From positions 1 to 64,000 of the IMG/VR virus record IMGVR_UViG_2684623229_000001: 64,000 nucleotides of DNA. One strand, 5' to 3'. This DNA comes from a virus. Lineage: Duplodnaviria > Caudoviricetes. The translations under genes and the position numbers were made by a program. Positions within the stretch are counted from its first letter, which is position 1, and each line of letters opens with the position of its first letter. Shown one piece after another: positions 10,429 to 20,823 of this stretch. The notes beneath the pieces are model-generated. The model ran no database searches and had not been told where the DNA came from. It was given only the letters and a program-made list of their open reading frames with translations.

Positions 10429-12324
10429 CTACCTCCCAAATATATTTTTCTTTTCAAAGTTCTGTGTTTCTATCATGTAATTTCTCTTACCTTTTAGTTT
10501 ATCTAAATCTTTCATAATATCACCATTAGCTGCTACTTTATTAAATTTCCTTTCAATATCCATAGCTTTCGGATTATGCCAAATTGGTACTAAATTAAAA
10601 TGATGTTGTTTTAGATAATCTATTAAATTAGCTATAAGTAATCCTATAGCTTGTAATCCATTTTCAGTATTAAGGAAGTGTACCTTTTCAGCCTCCCACC
10701 TGATCCATCTATATGCTCTAATATAATCTGCATTTGGACTTGATGTATCTAACGTATACCAATCATAAATTAATTCCATTATAAATTGAATAGATTCTTT
10801 GCCTGTGCAGCTTAACCAAGCTTGTGCATTCTTATGCCATATCATCGCTAGAATGTTTATTAAATCTAACATTATTTCAGTACTAACTTCCATAGGTGGA
10901 ATATTATAATCCACTCCCCAATCTTTTCCCCATTCAATAGGATGATTACTAAATCTTAAATATTCATAATCTAAATTATTTAATAGATCATTATTATATA
11001 TATAGTCTTTATTAGGAACAATTAGCCTATCTATTGGACTTGTAGACTTCAGCCACCACCATCTTTTGGTTATTTCAATAAACTTATTTTTATTAGGTGT
11101 ATATATTTGTCTTATAGCTTCATTATTTAAATATTTATTACTTTGTCTATAAATTTGCCATATACTTAAATTTAATAAATCTCTTTCTATCTGCTTATAG
11201 ATATTAATTATAGGGCTATTATCTAAATATTTTTCGTTATGTTTAAATATATTAGTTGTATATTCCCTATCTAAATATCTATTATTATATTTAAATATAG
11301 ATCTTATAGCTTGCCTATCTAAATACCCGTTGATACTTTTATCTATAAATTTAAATACATCTTTATAAAAATATTTTTTATTATGGTCTTTGCATATTTC
11401 TTTATGTGCTATTTTATTTAATGCATTTTTAATTCTATATTTTTCTATATCCTTTAGAGCTATATTATACATTAACATGGTTTTATAATTTCTATCTATA
11501 TCTTTTAAATCTAATATTTTTAAATTATTTATACTTGTATCTATATCTATTCCAATTATAATATCTTTGTTTAACATTGTTTTATTACTTATTTTAGCTA
11601 CTTCTTTTAGATTGGATCTATCTATAAATCTATATTTATTTTTATTTATATTTTTAAATCCATGTTTCTCAACAAACTTCAATTTATCTATATCTATTTC
11701 CTTGCAATAGATTCTATAAAGATAATATCCAATATTCTTTTCTATATTTATATACTTCTCTAGTTTTAAATTTTGTAAAGATTCACCTTTAAATATTTCT
11801 TTTTCTACTATTAAATCTGTATATATACTTTTGAATTTATTCAGTTGTAGATTTTCTCTATCTATAGATAAATTTATTAAATTATTAGCTTTATTTAGTT
11901 GTAGAATTTCTATTTCCAATAACTTATTGTTATAACATATGGATATATCTTCATTTTTTCTTACATCAAGTTCCTTACTTATTTTTATATTTATACCTAT
12001 ATATTTTATTTTATCTAAAGATATAGTATTGTTTTTATTTATTTCTTTATTTATTAACTTTAATTCTTTTTTAAATTCTTTTTTTATATCAGTAACTTTC
12101 TTGGATATATATTTATTCTTTTCTTTCTCTATATTATCTTTAGGTTGTTTATATAATAATTTATTTTCCTTAACCTTATCTATTTCACCCATTGTTTCTT
12201 TGTAAAATAATTTTTCTGTAGTCTTTACTACTTTTTCTGTAGTATCGTATATAAAAGTTCCACTAGAAAAAGCATTGTCCCCTACATATTCAAAACTACA
12301 TAGGGGTATTTTATGTAGGGGCAT
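10429..12324 (-). CDS. Putative tail-associated protein with K/I/D/N-rich repetitive central region
   Basis: 631 aa; recurring I-D/N/Y-K units followed by a W-rich C-terminal domain. Confidence 0.55.
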   Translation of the reverse strand: MPLHKIPLCSFEYVGDNAFSSGTFIYDTTEKVVKTTEKLFYKETMGEIDKVKENKLLYKQPKDNIEKEKNKYISKKVTDIKKEFKKELKLINKEINKNNTISLDKIKYIGINIKISKELDVRKNEDISICYNNKLLEIEILQLNKANNLINLSIDRENLQLNKFKSIYTDLIVEKEIFKGESLQNLKLEKYINIEKNIGYYLYRIYCKEIDIDKLKFVEKHGFKNINKNKYRFIDRSNLKEVAKISNKTMLNKDIIIGIDIDTSINNLKILDLKDIDRNYKTMLMYNIALKDIEKYRIKNALNKIAHKEICKDHNKKYFYKDVFKFIDKSINGYLDRQAIRSIFKYNNRYLDREYTTNIFKHNEKYLDNSPIINIYKQIERDLLNLSIWQIYRQSNKYLNNEAIRQIYTPNKNKFIEITKRWWWLKSTSPIDRLIVPNKDYIYNNDLLNNLDYEYLRFSNHPIEWGKDWGVDYNIPPMEVSTEIMLDLINILAMIWHKNAQAWLSCTGKESIQFIMELIYDWYTLDTSSPNADYIRAYRWIRWEAEKVHFLNTENGLQAIGLLIANLIDYLKQHHFNLVPIWHNPKAMDIERKFNKVAANGDIMKDLDKLKGKRNYMIETQNFEKKNIFGR

Positions 12325-12338
12325 TTATACCACCTCTC

Positions 12339-13577
12339 TTATTTAGTTGTTTTATAACATCTAATAGCAACACAATAATTTATATTAGCACTATTGTTTA
12401 AGAAACAATATGGCGCAGTAATTTTAAATTTCTTATAATATTCTTCCTCTTCTGTATCTTTCTTATATGCTAATCTATCTGTATCGTTTATTGCACTGGC
12501 ATCACCTACAAGTACATTAATCATTTTACCTCTTTCCATATCAACTGGATGTACAAGTGTTATATCTGAGAATTGATGTTTTTTATGATTATATCTACTA
12601 CCTTCTACATTACATTTATCCATAAAAGGATTAGTAGCATAAAAAGCTGGATAATGTGGTTGATATGGCATACCTATTTTATTAGCTATCATACAAACAT
12701 CTGTTACTCCTGTTGCAGTTCTTTCTCCATAAACCTTTGAATAATTTGGTTCTATATCAGAAGATACAGTTATACCAAAATTATATTTATCATCTGTATA
12801 AGCTGAATCCTCTACTGGTTTTAAAGCTCCAATATAAGCATAAGATGTAAGATAGTTTTCATAAGGATGAACATCCGCAGATGGATCTCCACATAATACT
12901 AAGTTTATACTATCTTTAGTTATATTTATCCAATATTGAACTGGTAAAAAGTCTTTAATTTCTGGCTGCAATTTTCTATACCATGCTAATCTATAATTAT
13001 ATTCAGCTTGTATATTTTTAGATATACCTAAATCTGTTTTATCTGCATTTAATTTATCTGATATTTGCAATTTTATATTGTTTATAGAATTGCTTTTAGT
13101 CATAGCACTAACATATGCGTTATAATCTCCACTTTTACTCCATCTATCAGAAGCTCCAGCCATCATTTCTAATACTTGTGCATCTGTTCTACTAAAACTA
13201 TCCCCATTGCCGTTATAATAAGTATGCAACTTATTAAAGTCAATTAATGCCTTTTTTTCTTCTTTTGTCAAGTCCGCTTCTTCTCTATCTATTTTTACAT
13301 AAAACTCTTTTCCATAGGTTGTTGTTGCTTTTATAATACACTTATCATTTTGAGAACCTACTGTAAATACAGTATCTACTTTATCTGTCTTAGAATTATC
13401 TTTTATAAGATTTATTGTACTTCCTTCTCCTGTTGATCCTATTTTATTTATGCTATCTGGATAAACTAAATCCCATTTATATATACCTGAATTTTGTGTT
13501 ATTTCAGTTGCTAATGTTTTTACTAAGTTTTTTACACTTGTATTTCCTTCAACAAAATAAAAATTATCTGTAGCCAT
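12339..13577 (-). CDS. Putative virion structural protein
   Basis: 412-aa ORF with GGAGG RBS in the baseplate region. Confidence 0.55.
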   Translation of the reverse strand: MATDNFYFVEGNTSVKNLVKTLATEITQNSGIYKWDLVYPDSINKIGSTGEGSTINLIKDNSKTDKVDTVFTVGSQNDKCIIKATTTYGKEFYVKIDREEADLTKEEKKALIDFNKLHTYYNGNGDSFSRTDAQVLEMMAGASDRWSKSGDYNAYVSAMTKSNSINNIKLQISDKLNADKTDLGISKNIQAEYNYRLAWYRKLQPEIKDFLPVQYWINITKDSINLVLCGDPSADVHPYENYLTSYAYIGALKPVEDSAYTDDKYNFGITVSSDIEPNYSKVYGERTATGVTDVCMIANKIGMPYQPHYPAFYATNPFMDKCNVEGSRYNHKKHQFSDITLVHPVDMERGKMINVLVGDASAINDTDRLAYKKDTEEEEYYKKFKITAPYCFLNNSANINYCVAIRCYKTTK

Positions 13578-13599
13578 TTTATCTACCTCCTGTTATCAA

Positions 13600-14580
13600 T
13601 TATTTATTTAAATTTGTTATTTTTAAAGTATTTAAGTCCATTATAAATATCTCTTTTAGATCCCTATTTGCTCCTAAATTAACATTAAATTTTTTAAGTA
13701 GTTTATTACCATAAGTTCTATATTGATATATTTCTAAAGTTACAGGCTCTTTTAGTTCTACTCCATTAAAATTCCTTATGCTTATAAGAAGCTTTTTATT
13801 TTTGTACCCTTTAACACTTATTATTTCAGGATTTTTGTTTGTTTTATGACTTGTATAATCAAAATTAAGATAAAATCCACCATGGGATTTATTACCATAC
13901 CAAACTTTTTTACCATCTATCTCGCCATGTAAATCTATATCTGCATCTGTATTCTCTTCCCAATTCATTACTACTGCTATATCCCATTCATTATCTATAT
14001 CCTCTATGCCTGGTGGTGGTTCTACTGGAATGTTAGAATCCTCTCCATCTATATACTCTAAATCCACCATTGTTTGTCTACTATTGCCGCTTAAATTATG
14101 AAAAATAAAAGAAATAAGAGTATTAGCATTTACTTTATAAAATGTATTAAAGTATTTATGCTCTCCTATTTCCTTAGTTGTCGCATTATCTATTATTTTG
14201 ATTTTATTAATTTCTAAGCTATATTTATCTTCTTTTTTCCAGCCTGTTTGATTGAAATGCAATCCTGTAATATATATATCTTTGTCAAATTTAAATTGTT
14301 CCGTGTAATCATTTTGTATTGCTGGTATATCTAATAATATACCTTTCACCTTTTGAATGCCTTCAATTTTTCTGTATATAAAGGCATCAATTTTTTTCTT
14401 TAATCCTTCATATTGTACACTTGGCAATAAATTCTTTAATTGTTGTAGTAAATCTTGTATATTGTTGGTATTTATATCTGGATAATTAGTTCTTATATTA
14501 TCATCTATCAGACTTAATAAATAATTTTTTAAATCCTCTGTAAGCTCTTCAAAATTAATTATATATTTAGGTAAGCTCAA
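13600..14580 (-). CDS. Paralog of the caspase-fusion N-terminal domain + YfaP-like C-terminal domain
   Basis: Likely TTG start at 14580; shares LP.Y..NF.EL, G.QK..G..L.IPA, ITG, TKE.GEHK with 14582..15931; C-terminal W..N.DADIDLH...PEII motif. Confidence 0.6.
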   Translation of the reverse strand: MSLPKYIINFEELTEDLKNYLLSLIDDNIRTNYPDINTNNIQDLLQQLKNLLPSVQYEGLKKKIDAFIYRKIEGIQKVKGILLDIPAIQNDYTEQFKFDKDIYITGLHFNQTGWKKEDKYSLEINKIKIIDNATTKEIGEHKYFNTFYKVNANTLISFIFHNLSGNSRQTMVDLEYIDGEDSNIPVEPPPGIEDIDNEWDIAVVMNWEENTDADIDLHGEIDGKKVWYGNKSHGGFYLNFDYTSHKTNKNPEIISVKGYKNKKLLISIRNFNGVELKEPVTLEIYQYRTYGNKLLKKFNVNLGANRDLKEIFIMDLNTLKITNLNK

Positions 14581-14581
14581 A

Positions 14582-15931
14582 TTAAGCACCTTCTTTATAT
14601 TCAAAGATTGAACTTGTATCATTTCTTGGATAAACTTGAGCTGTTTGTGTTATCTTTAAATAAGGGTTCTTAATATTAAATTCATCATAAAAATGTAATA
14701 CACTTTGATATAATTCTTCCAAAGTTACAATTCTATTTTTATCTTTATCGGATTTCTTAGTTTTAATGCTTTGTGTTAATGCCCATGTAAAAGCTCCTGA
14801 AGGATTAGGATTTCCATTATATCCAGCGCTCAAGTCACCAGATGTTTCTGAACCTGCACTAGCTGTTAAAACCTTATATCCTTGTTTATTTAATGTTTTG
14901 TCTATACTTCTAAGTTTCTCCTCCACTACAGCTAATGTATATGCAAAATTTTTATTTATAGCAAGTCCACTGTGGCAAGTATCAACAAATATTACTTTAG
15001 TACCTTTTATATCATCCAGTATTGTTTGTAATTCATATACTGTTATTATGTTATCTTTTGCTACTAAAGCAAACTTATCTTCATATACAGTACCATGTCC
15101 AGACCAAAACAAATAACTAATATCATTATCTTGTGCATCTTGAAAAGTGTTTTTTATTAAATTTAATGCTTCTGACTTAGTCTTATTTTTTGCAACTATA
15201 TTTTTTGTAAATTTAGCACTTTGTTTGTGTTCTTTAAATAAATTAGACATATTGTCAGCATCATATGTGCAACCCATAAGGTTATTAGCGCCTTGTAAAG
15301 TATATTCACTTTCTCCTATAGCTAAAAATCTATAGTTTTTTTCACTAGTGGTAGGTATAATAGGTGTAGTAGGTGTAGGTAAATTACTATTTTCTAATAT
15401 ATTAAAATCTACCCATAAAATTTTACTAGTTCCACTAATATTATTGTAAATAAATTTAACTGTGCCATTTATAGGATAAAATACATTTAAAAATTTATGT
15501 TCACCATATTCTTTAGTGCGTACACTTTCAAATAATTTATCATTACCTACTTGTAAATCCCAGCTATCTTCAAATCTCCAACTAGATTGAGAATATGTTA
15601 TACCTGTTATTTGTCCATTTCCCTTAAATTCTATTATATGCTGTCCTTTTACTGCAGGAATCTCTAGCATTTTCCCATAAATTTTCTGTGTACCTGATAT
15701 GCCTAAATTTCCACTTAAATTATCTAACTTTACCCCTAAAGCATTTAACGCATTTATTAAATCATTATAATCTACACCTTGTATTTTATCTTTAATTTCT
15801 GATAATAAATTTTCCATATCTTTGGTAGAAAAATTTATATTGCCTATGTCAACTTTCACACCATTTTGTAAATAATCTTTAATAAGATCTGATAGTTCAT
15901 CAAAGTTGACTACATAGGAAGGTAATCCCAT
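14582..15931 (-). CDS. Caspase-family (peptidase C14, metacaspase-like) protein with N-terminal structural domain
   Basis: FLAIGESEY, L.GC.YDA, FWSGHG (catalytic His), FVDTCHSG (catalytic Cys), GAFTWAL; PTPTTP linker. Confidence 0.85.
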   Translation of the reverse strand: MGLPSYVVNFDELSDLIKDYLQNGVKVDIGNINFSTKDMENLLSEIKDKIQGVDYNDLINALNALGVKLDNLSGNLGISGTQKIYGKMLEIPAVKGQHIIEFKGNGQITGITYSQSSWRFEDSWDLQVGNDKLFESVRTKEYGEHKFLNVFYPINGTVKFIYNNISGTSKILWVDFNILENSNLPTPTTPIIPTTSEKNYRFLAIGESEYTLQGANNLMGCTYDADNMSNLFKEHKQSAKFTKNIVAKNKTKSEALNLIKNTFQDAQDNDISYLFWSGHGTVYEDKFALVAKDNIITVYELQTILDDIKGTKVIFVDTCHSGLAINKNFAYTLAVVEEKLRSIDKTLNKQGYKVLTASAGSETSGDLSAGYNGNPNPSGAFTWALTQSIKTKKSDKDKNRIVTLEELYQSVLHFYDEFNIKNPYLKITQTAQVYPRNDTSSIFEYKEGA

Positions 15932-15945
15932 ATTATTGCCACCTC

Positions 15946-16296
15946 CTATACATAATCTATTATTTCTAATTTACCATGATTATCTTTAATTAATTGTATT
16001 GTTTTATTTGTATTATTAGGATACGTTGTTTTAATTCTATATACTTTACCTTCTACATTTCTAATTAGTTCTTCTTGCCATTGCATATCTGTTCCATTAG
16101 CATATATAAATTTATATGCTTTATTATTGCTATCTCTAATTATTCTACATGGATATTCGGGTAATTCCCCAGTATATTTTGAATCTTCATTTGTATTTAT
16201 TTGATTTTTGAAATTTCTTTTTCTTAATTCTTGATTTAAAATATAGACTACTGGCTCCCTAAAATTTTTATATCCCATATGTGCCATTTTAATCAC
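15946..16296 (-). CDS. Hypothetical baseplate-region protein
   Basis: 116-aa ORF packed in the operon. Confidence 0.55.
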   Translation of the reverse strand: MIKMAHMGYKNFREPVVYILNQELRKRNFKNQINTNEDSKYTGELPEYPCRIIRDSNNKAYKFIYANGTDMQWQEELIRNVEGKVYRIKTTYPNNTNKTIQLIKDNHGKLEIIDYV

Positions 16297-16299
16297 CTA

Positions 16300-17385
16300 C
16301 TATTGTTTCAATCTTCCACTGCCTATTTGGATACATTGGTCATACACTTTTGTTTTATCTCGCATACCTTGTAATTGCAATGTATCTACATATGTGTCAG
16401 CATTTATTTCTGTACTTATTCCTACAATTAAATACCAGCCATTACCTCTTTGATTATTTACTAATTTAACTACTTGTCCTAAATCAATATTAGGTATTCC
16501 AGTTACTGGTACTACATTTAAAGCAGTACTCTCCCTCCACATATCTAAAAATTTATATCCTGCTACCTTTTGTTTTAATAATGGAGTACTAGCTAATGGA
16601 TTATCAATTATATCTACCCATCTTTCACCATTTAAATAACTAGTCATAGCTTTGGATTCAAAAATAGAATATTTATCATTACAACAAATCTTTAATATAT
16701 TTCTCATTAAACTAGAATCTCTGCTAGCAGCTTCACTAGATAAATTAGTATCAACAGATAAAACATAATCATGGTGATTTGCTTCATGATTTGATTCATT
16801 ATAAGCAGGATATTGCTCTTCTAATATTATTGTACCGTTTTTGTTTGCCCTTATTCTGGCATACATAGTTTCTACCAAATTACTAATTATATCATTATAC
16901 ATAGTACCTATTTCACATTCTAATTTAGGAACAGTATAATTATTTCCTCCACCTCTTTGAAAACTACATTTTGCATCGGATACAACAGTAGAAATTATAT
17001 CTGCTGCGGTTTTATTATAAAATTTTAATTCCTTATCACATAAATTTAACATTCTATAATACATATCATGACAAGTCATTTCTATTGTTTTATCAAGTGT
17101 ATTATAATCATATTTTTTAATTACACCTGTAAATTGAAGTACATCTTCTATATAAATTTTTACCTGTGCAAAATTATCTATTACTCCTTGCGTTCCTCCT
17201 GCAAAAATAGCAGTAGGTAGATTTTCATATTGTGCTGTAATCGTAGCTTCAGCAGTAGGTGTAGTTAAGGTTCTATTTATTTTTACTGACACTAAACAAT
17301 GTTCTAATATTATTTTATTAGCATCACCATCTTCAAAAGCCTGATAGCCATTTTTTTTATAAAATTCTACTTTACACTTTGCCAT
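16300..17385 (-). CDS. Baseplate hub (Tal / XkdQ-YqbQ-like) protein
   Basis: Two genes after TMP; QFTGVI...IEMTCHD...TAADII...G.PNIDLGQVV..GWYLI hub-like motifs. Confidence 0.65.
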   Translation of the reverse strand: MAKCKVEFYKKNGYQAFEDGDANKIILEHCLVSVKINRTLTTPTAEATITAQYENLPTAIFAGGTQGVIDNFAQVKIYIEDVLQFTGVIKKYDYNTLDKTIEMTCHDMYYRMLNLCDKELKFYNKTAADIISTVVSDAKCSFQRGGGNNYTVPKLECEIGTMYNDIISNLVETMYARIRANKNGTIILEEQYPAYNESNHEANHHDYVLSVDTNLSSEAASRDSSLMRNILKICCNDKYSIFESKAMTSYLNGERWVDIIDNPLASTPLLKQKVAGYKFLDMWRESTALNVVPVTGIPNIDLGQVVKLVNNQRGNGWYLIVGISTEINADTYVDTLQLQGMRDKTKVYDQCIQIGSGRLKQ

Positions 17386-17815
17386 TATCTTTCACCCATC
17401 CACTAGCTTCATGATTACATAAAAGCTCTAAATTTATATAATATATATCACCTTCGATAGGAGTATCTATCTCAAACTTATTTTGTAAATATCCTTTGTA
17501 TTGAATTCCAAATTCATCTACAAATATGAATCTACCTGAATAACTTTTTCTAAAGTCTAAAAACTTAGCTATATTACTTTGTGTTTCCTCATCATTTTCT
17601 CCTTTTATATTAAAAGCAACTGTAAATTCAATAATACAATCGCTTTTAATATTTTTTTCAAAATATGTGTATCCTTGTACTGTTCTAATACCCTTACGAA
17701 AATAAGCAGGACGAGGTGGCTTATAGTTAGTTATTACGCCACCTGTATTTTTTCCGTCTTCATAAAGCAAATCTACTTTAAAATCTTTTATTCTATTTAA
17801 GTCCATACAAGCCAC
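17372..17815 (-). CDS. Distal tail (Dit)-like protein
   Basis: 147 aa directly after TMP; assignment by synteny. Confidence 0.5.
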   Translation of the reverse strand: MACMDLNRIKDFKVDLLYEDGKNTGGVITNYKPPRPAYFRKGIRTVQGYTYFEKNIKSDCIIEFTVAFNIKGENDEETQSNIAKFLDFRKSYSGRFIFVDEFGIQYKGYLQNKFEIDTPIEGDIYYINLELLCNHEASGWVKDNGKV

Positions 17816-17818
17816 CTC

Positions 17819-19234
17819 CTAATCTCTCAATACATCATTCATAAATAATCCTGTCATAACATTTTTCATAGAACTTTCTGTCATTTGTTTAAATTCATTA
17901 GCTATCTTAGTAGCTCCCTCTTTATCTGCATTTGGTATAGTTACATACATTTTTATATCCTGTGTAAGCCCCATACTTTTATTCATGTTATTAAGTCCAT
18001 ATGGAGATGCGTAAGTACCGCCATAAGCTCCACTAAGTGACATATTATTTAATCCATTAAAATTTGGTCTTACATTTCCTAATCCTTTAATTTTATTAGC
18101 AATACCTTTAAATTTATTACTTATGGCGTTTTCTTGATTATCTATACCTTGTATAAGACCTTCTCCAATAAAATTACCATAATCAGCAAATACACGTGAT
18201 GGAGAATTTATACCTAACATTTTCTTAAATCTATTCTTTATTTCATTTGCTATACTCTCAATAGTCTCTCTCACTTTTTTTATACCTTCTTTGAGTCCAC
18301 TTACTAATCCTCTCATAATATCCTGTCCTATTTTATGCATATATGTCCGGAATGCTTTCCATTTCATTTTCCATTTTTTTATATTTTTATCAAAATGGCC
18401 ACTTATTTTTTTACATACGTTACTTATTTTTTTACCTAAATCATCCGCTGCTTTTTTTAACTGATCCCAATGTTTAATCACTTCATATACTATAAGCCCT
18501 ATTGCTGCAATAGCAACTAAAATTAGAAGTGTTTTTGAAGTTATTATAGTCTTTAATACTCCAAATATCCCTCCAGCTTTCTTTAATTTATTAAATATAC
18601 CTATCACATTATTTATAGTACCTACTAATTTGCTAAGTACCGTAAATGTTTTAGCAACTCCAGCTATTGACACAACCATTACTGCAATAGCGTTTTTTAC
18701 AGGATTAGGTAATTTATTAAATGAATTCATTAATTCTACTGCTTTATTAGCTAGCTTTGTAAATATTGGGATTAATTTATTATTCAAAATAGGCACCAAC
18801 TGATTATTAAATATCGGTATTAGCTGTTTTACTATAGATGTTTGTAATTGTGCAAAAGAATCTTGTACTTTTTTTATGGAAGACTGTATATCCTTTTGAA
18901 TTTTTTCATAGTTGCCTTTTGCAATATTAGCAGGGCCTTTTTTTGGATTCTTACTCTTTGCTTCTTCAGCAAGATTATTTTTCATACCAGTTTTTAGAAG
19001 ATTTTGTGCTGCAGCACTGGGTTTCTCCATAGATTTTCCTATTTTACTGAAAGTCTCTGCTTTTTTGGTTAACGCTTCCTGCAGCTTTTCAATTTTAGTT
19101 TTTTCTTCCTCAACTTTATGCACAAATATTTCCAAATCTTTTCCAGCTCCATTAAGTGCTTTTTTAAATTCACTAGTATCTAATGTTAAATGGGCAACTG
19201 CCTCTCCTACATTTACTGCCATGTTGTTTCTCAC
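17819..19234 (-). CDS. Short tail tape measure protein
   Basis: VGEAVAHLTLDTSEF N-terminus, helical repeats, TM segments, LGINSPSRVF motif; follows the chaperone pair. Confidence 0.8.
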   Translation of the reverse strand: MRNNMAVNVGEAVAHLTLDTSEFKKALNGAGKDLEIFVHKVEEEKTKIEKLQEALTKKAETFSKIGKSMEKPSAAAQNLLKTGMKNNLAEEAKSKNPKKGPANIAKGNYEKIQKDIQSSIKKVQDSFAQLQTSIVKQLIPIFNNQLVPILNNKLIPIFTKLANKAVELMNSFNKLPNPVKNAIAVMVVSIAGVAKTFTVLSKLVGTINNVIGIFNKLKKAGGIFGVLKTIITSKTLLILVAIAAIGLIVYEVIKHWDQLKKAADDLGKKISNVCKKISGHFDKNIKKWKMKWKAFRTYMHKIGQDIMRGLVSGLKEGIKKVRETIESIANEIKNRFKKMLGINSPSRVFADYGNFIGEGLIQGIDNQENAISNKFKGIANKIKGLGNVRPNFNGLNNMSLSGAYGGTYASPYGLNNMNKSMGLTQDIKMYVTIPNADKEGATKIANEFKQMTESSMKNVMTGLFMNDVLRD

Positions 19235-19297
19235 CTCCCACCTTTGGGAATAAAAAGTTTTCTAACTTCATTTAAATAATAATTTAAATTTAAAAAT

Positions 19298-19540
19298 CTA
19301 TTTTCTATTATTAGCATTTAACCATTGAATCACATCTTCATTATTAGCTTTATTTATTCTATCTCCATCTATAAACTTAGGCTCTCTAGCATCTTCTTTA
19401 CTAATCTCATTTAATATATAAACGCAGGCCTCATCAAAACAAAAAGCCTCATAATCATTAGTCAACCCTATAATTTCACTGGGCCTTTGTCTATATTGTT
19501 TACTTATTGATATTACACTCAGTATTCTCTGACTCTTCAC
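19298..19540 (-). CDS. Tail assembly chaperone, frameshift extension (GT-like)
   Basis: Overlaps 19500..19916 in the +1 frame from TTT_CGT; homologous to 55704..55958. Confidence 0.7.
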   Translation of the reverse strand: MKSQRILSVISISKQYRQRPSEIIGLTNDYEAFCFDEACVYILNEISKEDAREPKFIDGDRINKANNEDVIQWLNANNRK

Positions 19541-19916
19541 GAAAGGAGTCTAATTCACTTACACCTTCCTGTGTATAATTAAACAATGCTACTATTTGTT
19601 CATCTGTAAGCTCTAATCCTACACTTTTTAAATCTTCTATGGAAGGTTCTACAAGTGCATTTTCGGCCATAATATACATAACATCTGTCATTTGTGCTAA
19701 ATCAACATTCTCTTTTGAACTCTGTTTACCATAAAATAGTTCCTCTGCTGCACTTAATAATTTGTTAGGCACTACTCCTTTTCTTACCAAATTTAAAAGA
19801 GATACTCTTTTAACTCTAGCATTAAAAGGTATCCCTTGGCTAAATTGTGGCAACTGAATTACTTCATCTTGAGCTGCTTTTTTTAAATCTTCTATATTAG
19901 TTACCTTTAAATCCAT
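19500..19916 (-). CDS. Tail assembly chaperone (G-like)
   Basis: Between tail tube and TMP; homologous to 55870..56289. Confidence 0.75.
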   Translation of the reverse strand: MDLKVTNIEDLKKAAQDEVIQLPQFSQGIPFNARVKRVSLLNLVRKGVVPNKLLSAAEELFYGKQSSKENVDLAQMTDVMYIMAENALVEPSIEDLKSVGLELTDEQIVALFNYTQEGVSELDSFREESENTECNINK

Positions 19917-19931
19917 TTTATTATCCCCTCA

Positions 19932-20819
19932 CTATCTAATCTTTATTGTTTTAAATTCTGTGGATAATGCTGTGGTTTTACCACTTCCATCTAATTTGTT
20001 TATTTCTTTAGCTTCAGCAATATAAACTGTATCTATTGCTAAAGAATCAGGTACAAATGTTACTATTTTCTTAGTATCATCTATAGTTACATTTCCATTT
20101 ACTCTAGAATTATCAGATTTTCTCTTTATAATAAAGTTTTCTAGGTTAACATCATCTTGATTAATTTTATTTGAAAAACTCCACACTACCCTGTTAGTTA
20201 TACTTACCCCTACATCTGGATTTTTATTTTCTACTTCTCCACCTTCTACTCCTATATCTTCAATTGGAGTAGATTCTCCTGGCTTTTCTCCATTATTATT
20301 CTCTTGTAATTTATTTAAAAATTCTATTTCTACAGGTTTCTCATTTCTAAATGGTATACTTTCAGCCTCATATGAAGACACTAAGAATTTTCCATCTTGA
20401 ATTTTATATTTAGCTGGCTTACCTTTACAATGCTTATACACGAATTTAACATAGCCTGTGGTTCTAGAATAGTCTTTTTCTTCTGTGAATATTTCCATAG
20501 TGAATGGATGTCTTTCTACTGCTATACCTACTTCTGTTCCACAATATTTATTATCTTGTATAGTTCCTCCATCTATTAAAGCCATAGTTTCTATATTAAA
20601 TAGATTGTCCTTCATTTTTAACTTGTAACCTATAACAATATCATCTGTTTCATTTATTCCATAAATTTTATTTTTAATCCTTAATATATCTCTTTTGCCC
20701 TTACTGTTTATAGGTTCTATATCTATTTCATTGCTTGTTTCTATTGTATGTTTTGTATTTGTTACCTCATCAATAAAATTAACTTTCACAACATTAACTA
20801 AAGTTTTTCCGCTTGTCAT
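19932..20819 (-). CDS. Major tail tube protein with C-terminal Ig-like (Big_5-like) domain
   Basis: N-terminal ~170 aa homologous to 56347..56973; C-terminal P...VS.T..V.W.FS..I...VTFVP..L...TVY Ig-like motif. Confidence 0.75.
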   Translation of the reverse strand: MTSGKTLVNVVKVNFIDEVTNTKHTIETSNEIDIEPINSKGKRDILRIKNKIYGINETDDIVIGYKLKMKDNLFNIETMALIDGGTIQDNKYCGTEVGIAVERHPFTMEIFTEEKDYSRTTGYVKFVYKHCKGKPAKYKIQDGKFLVSSYEAESIPFRNEKPVEIEFLNKLQENNNGEKPGESTPIEDIGVEGGEVENKNPDVGVSITNRVVWSFSNKINQDDVNLENFIIKRKSDNSRVNGNVTIDDTKKIVTFVPDSLAIDTVYIAEAKEINKLDGSGKTTALSTEFKTIKIR

Positions 20820-20823
20820 TAAA

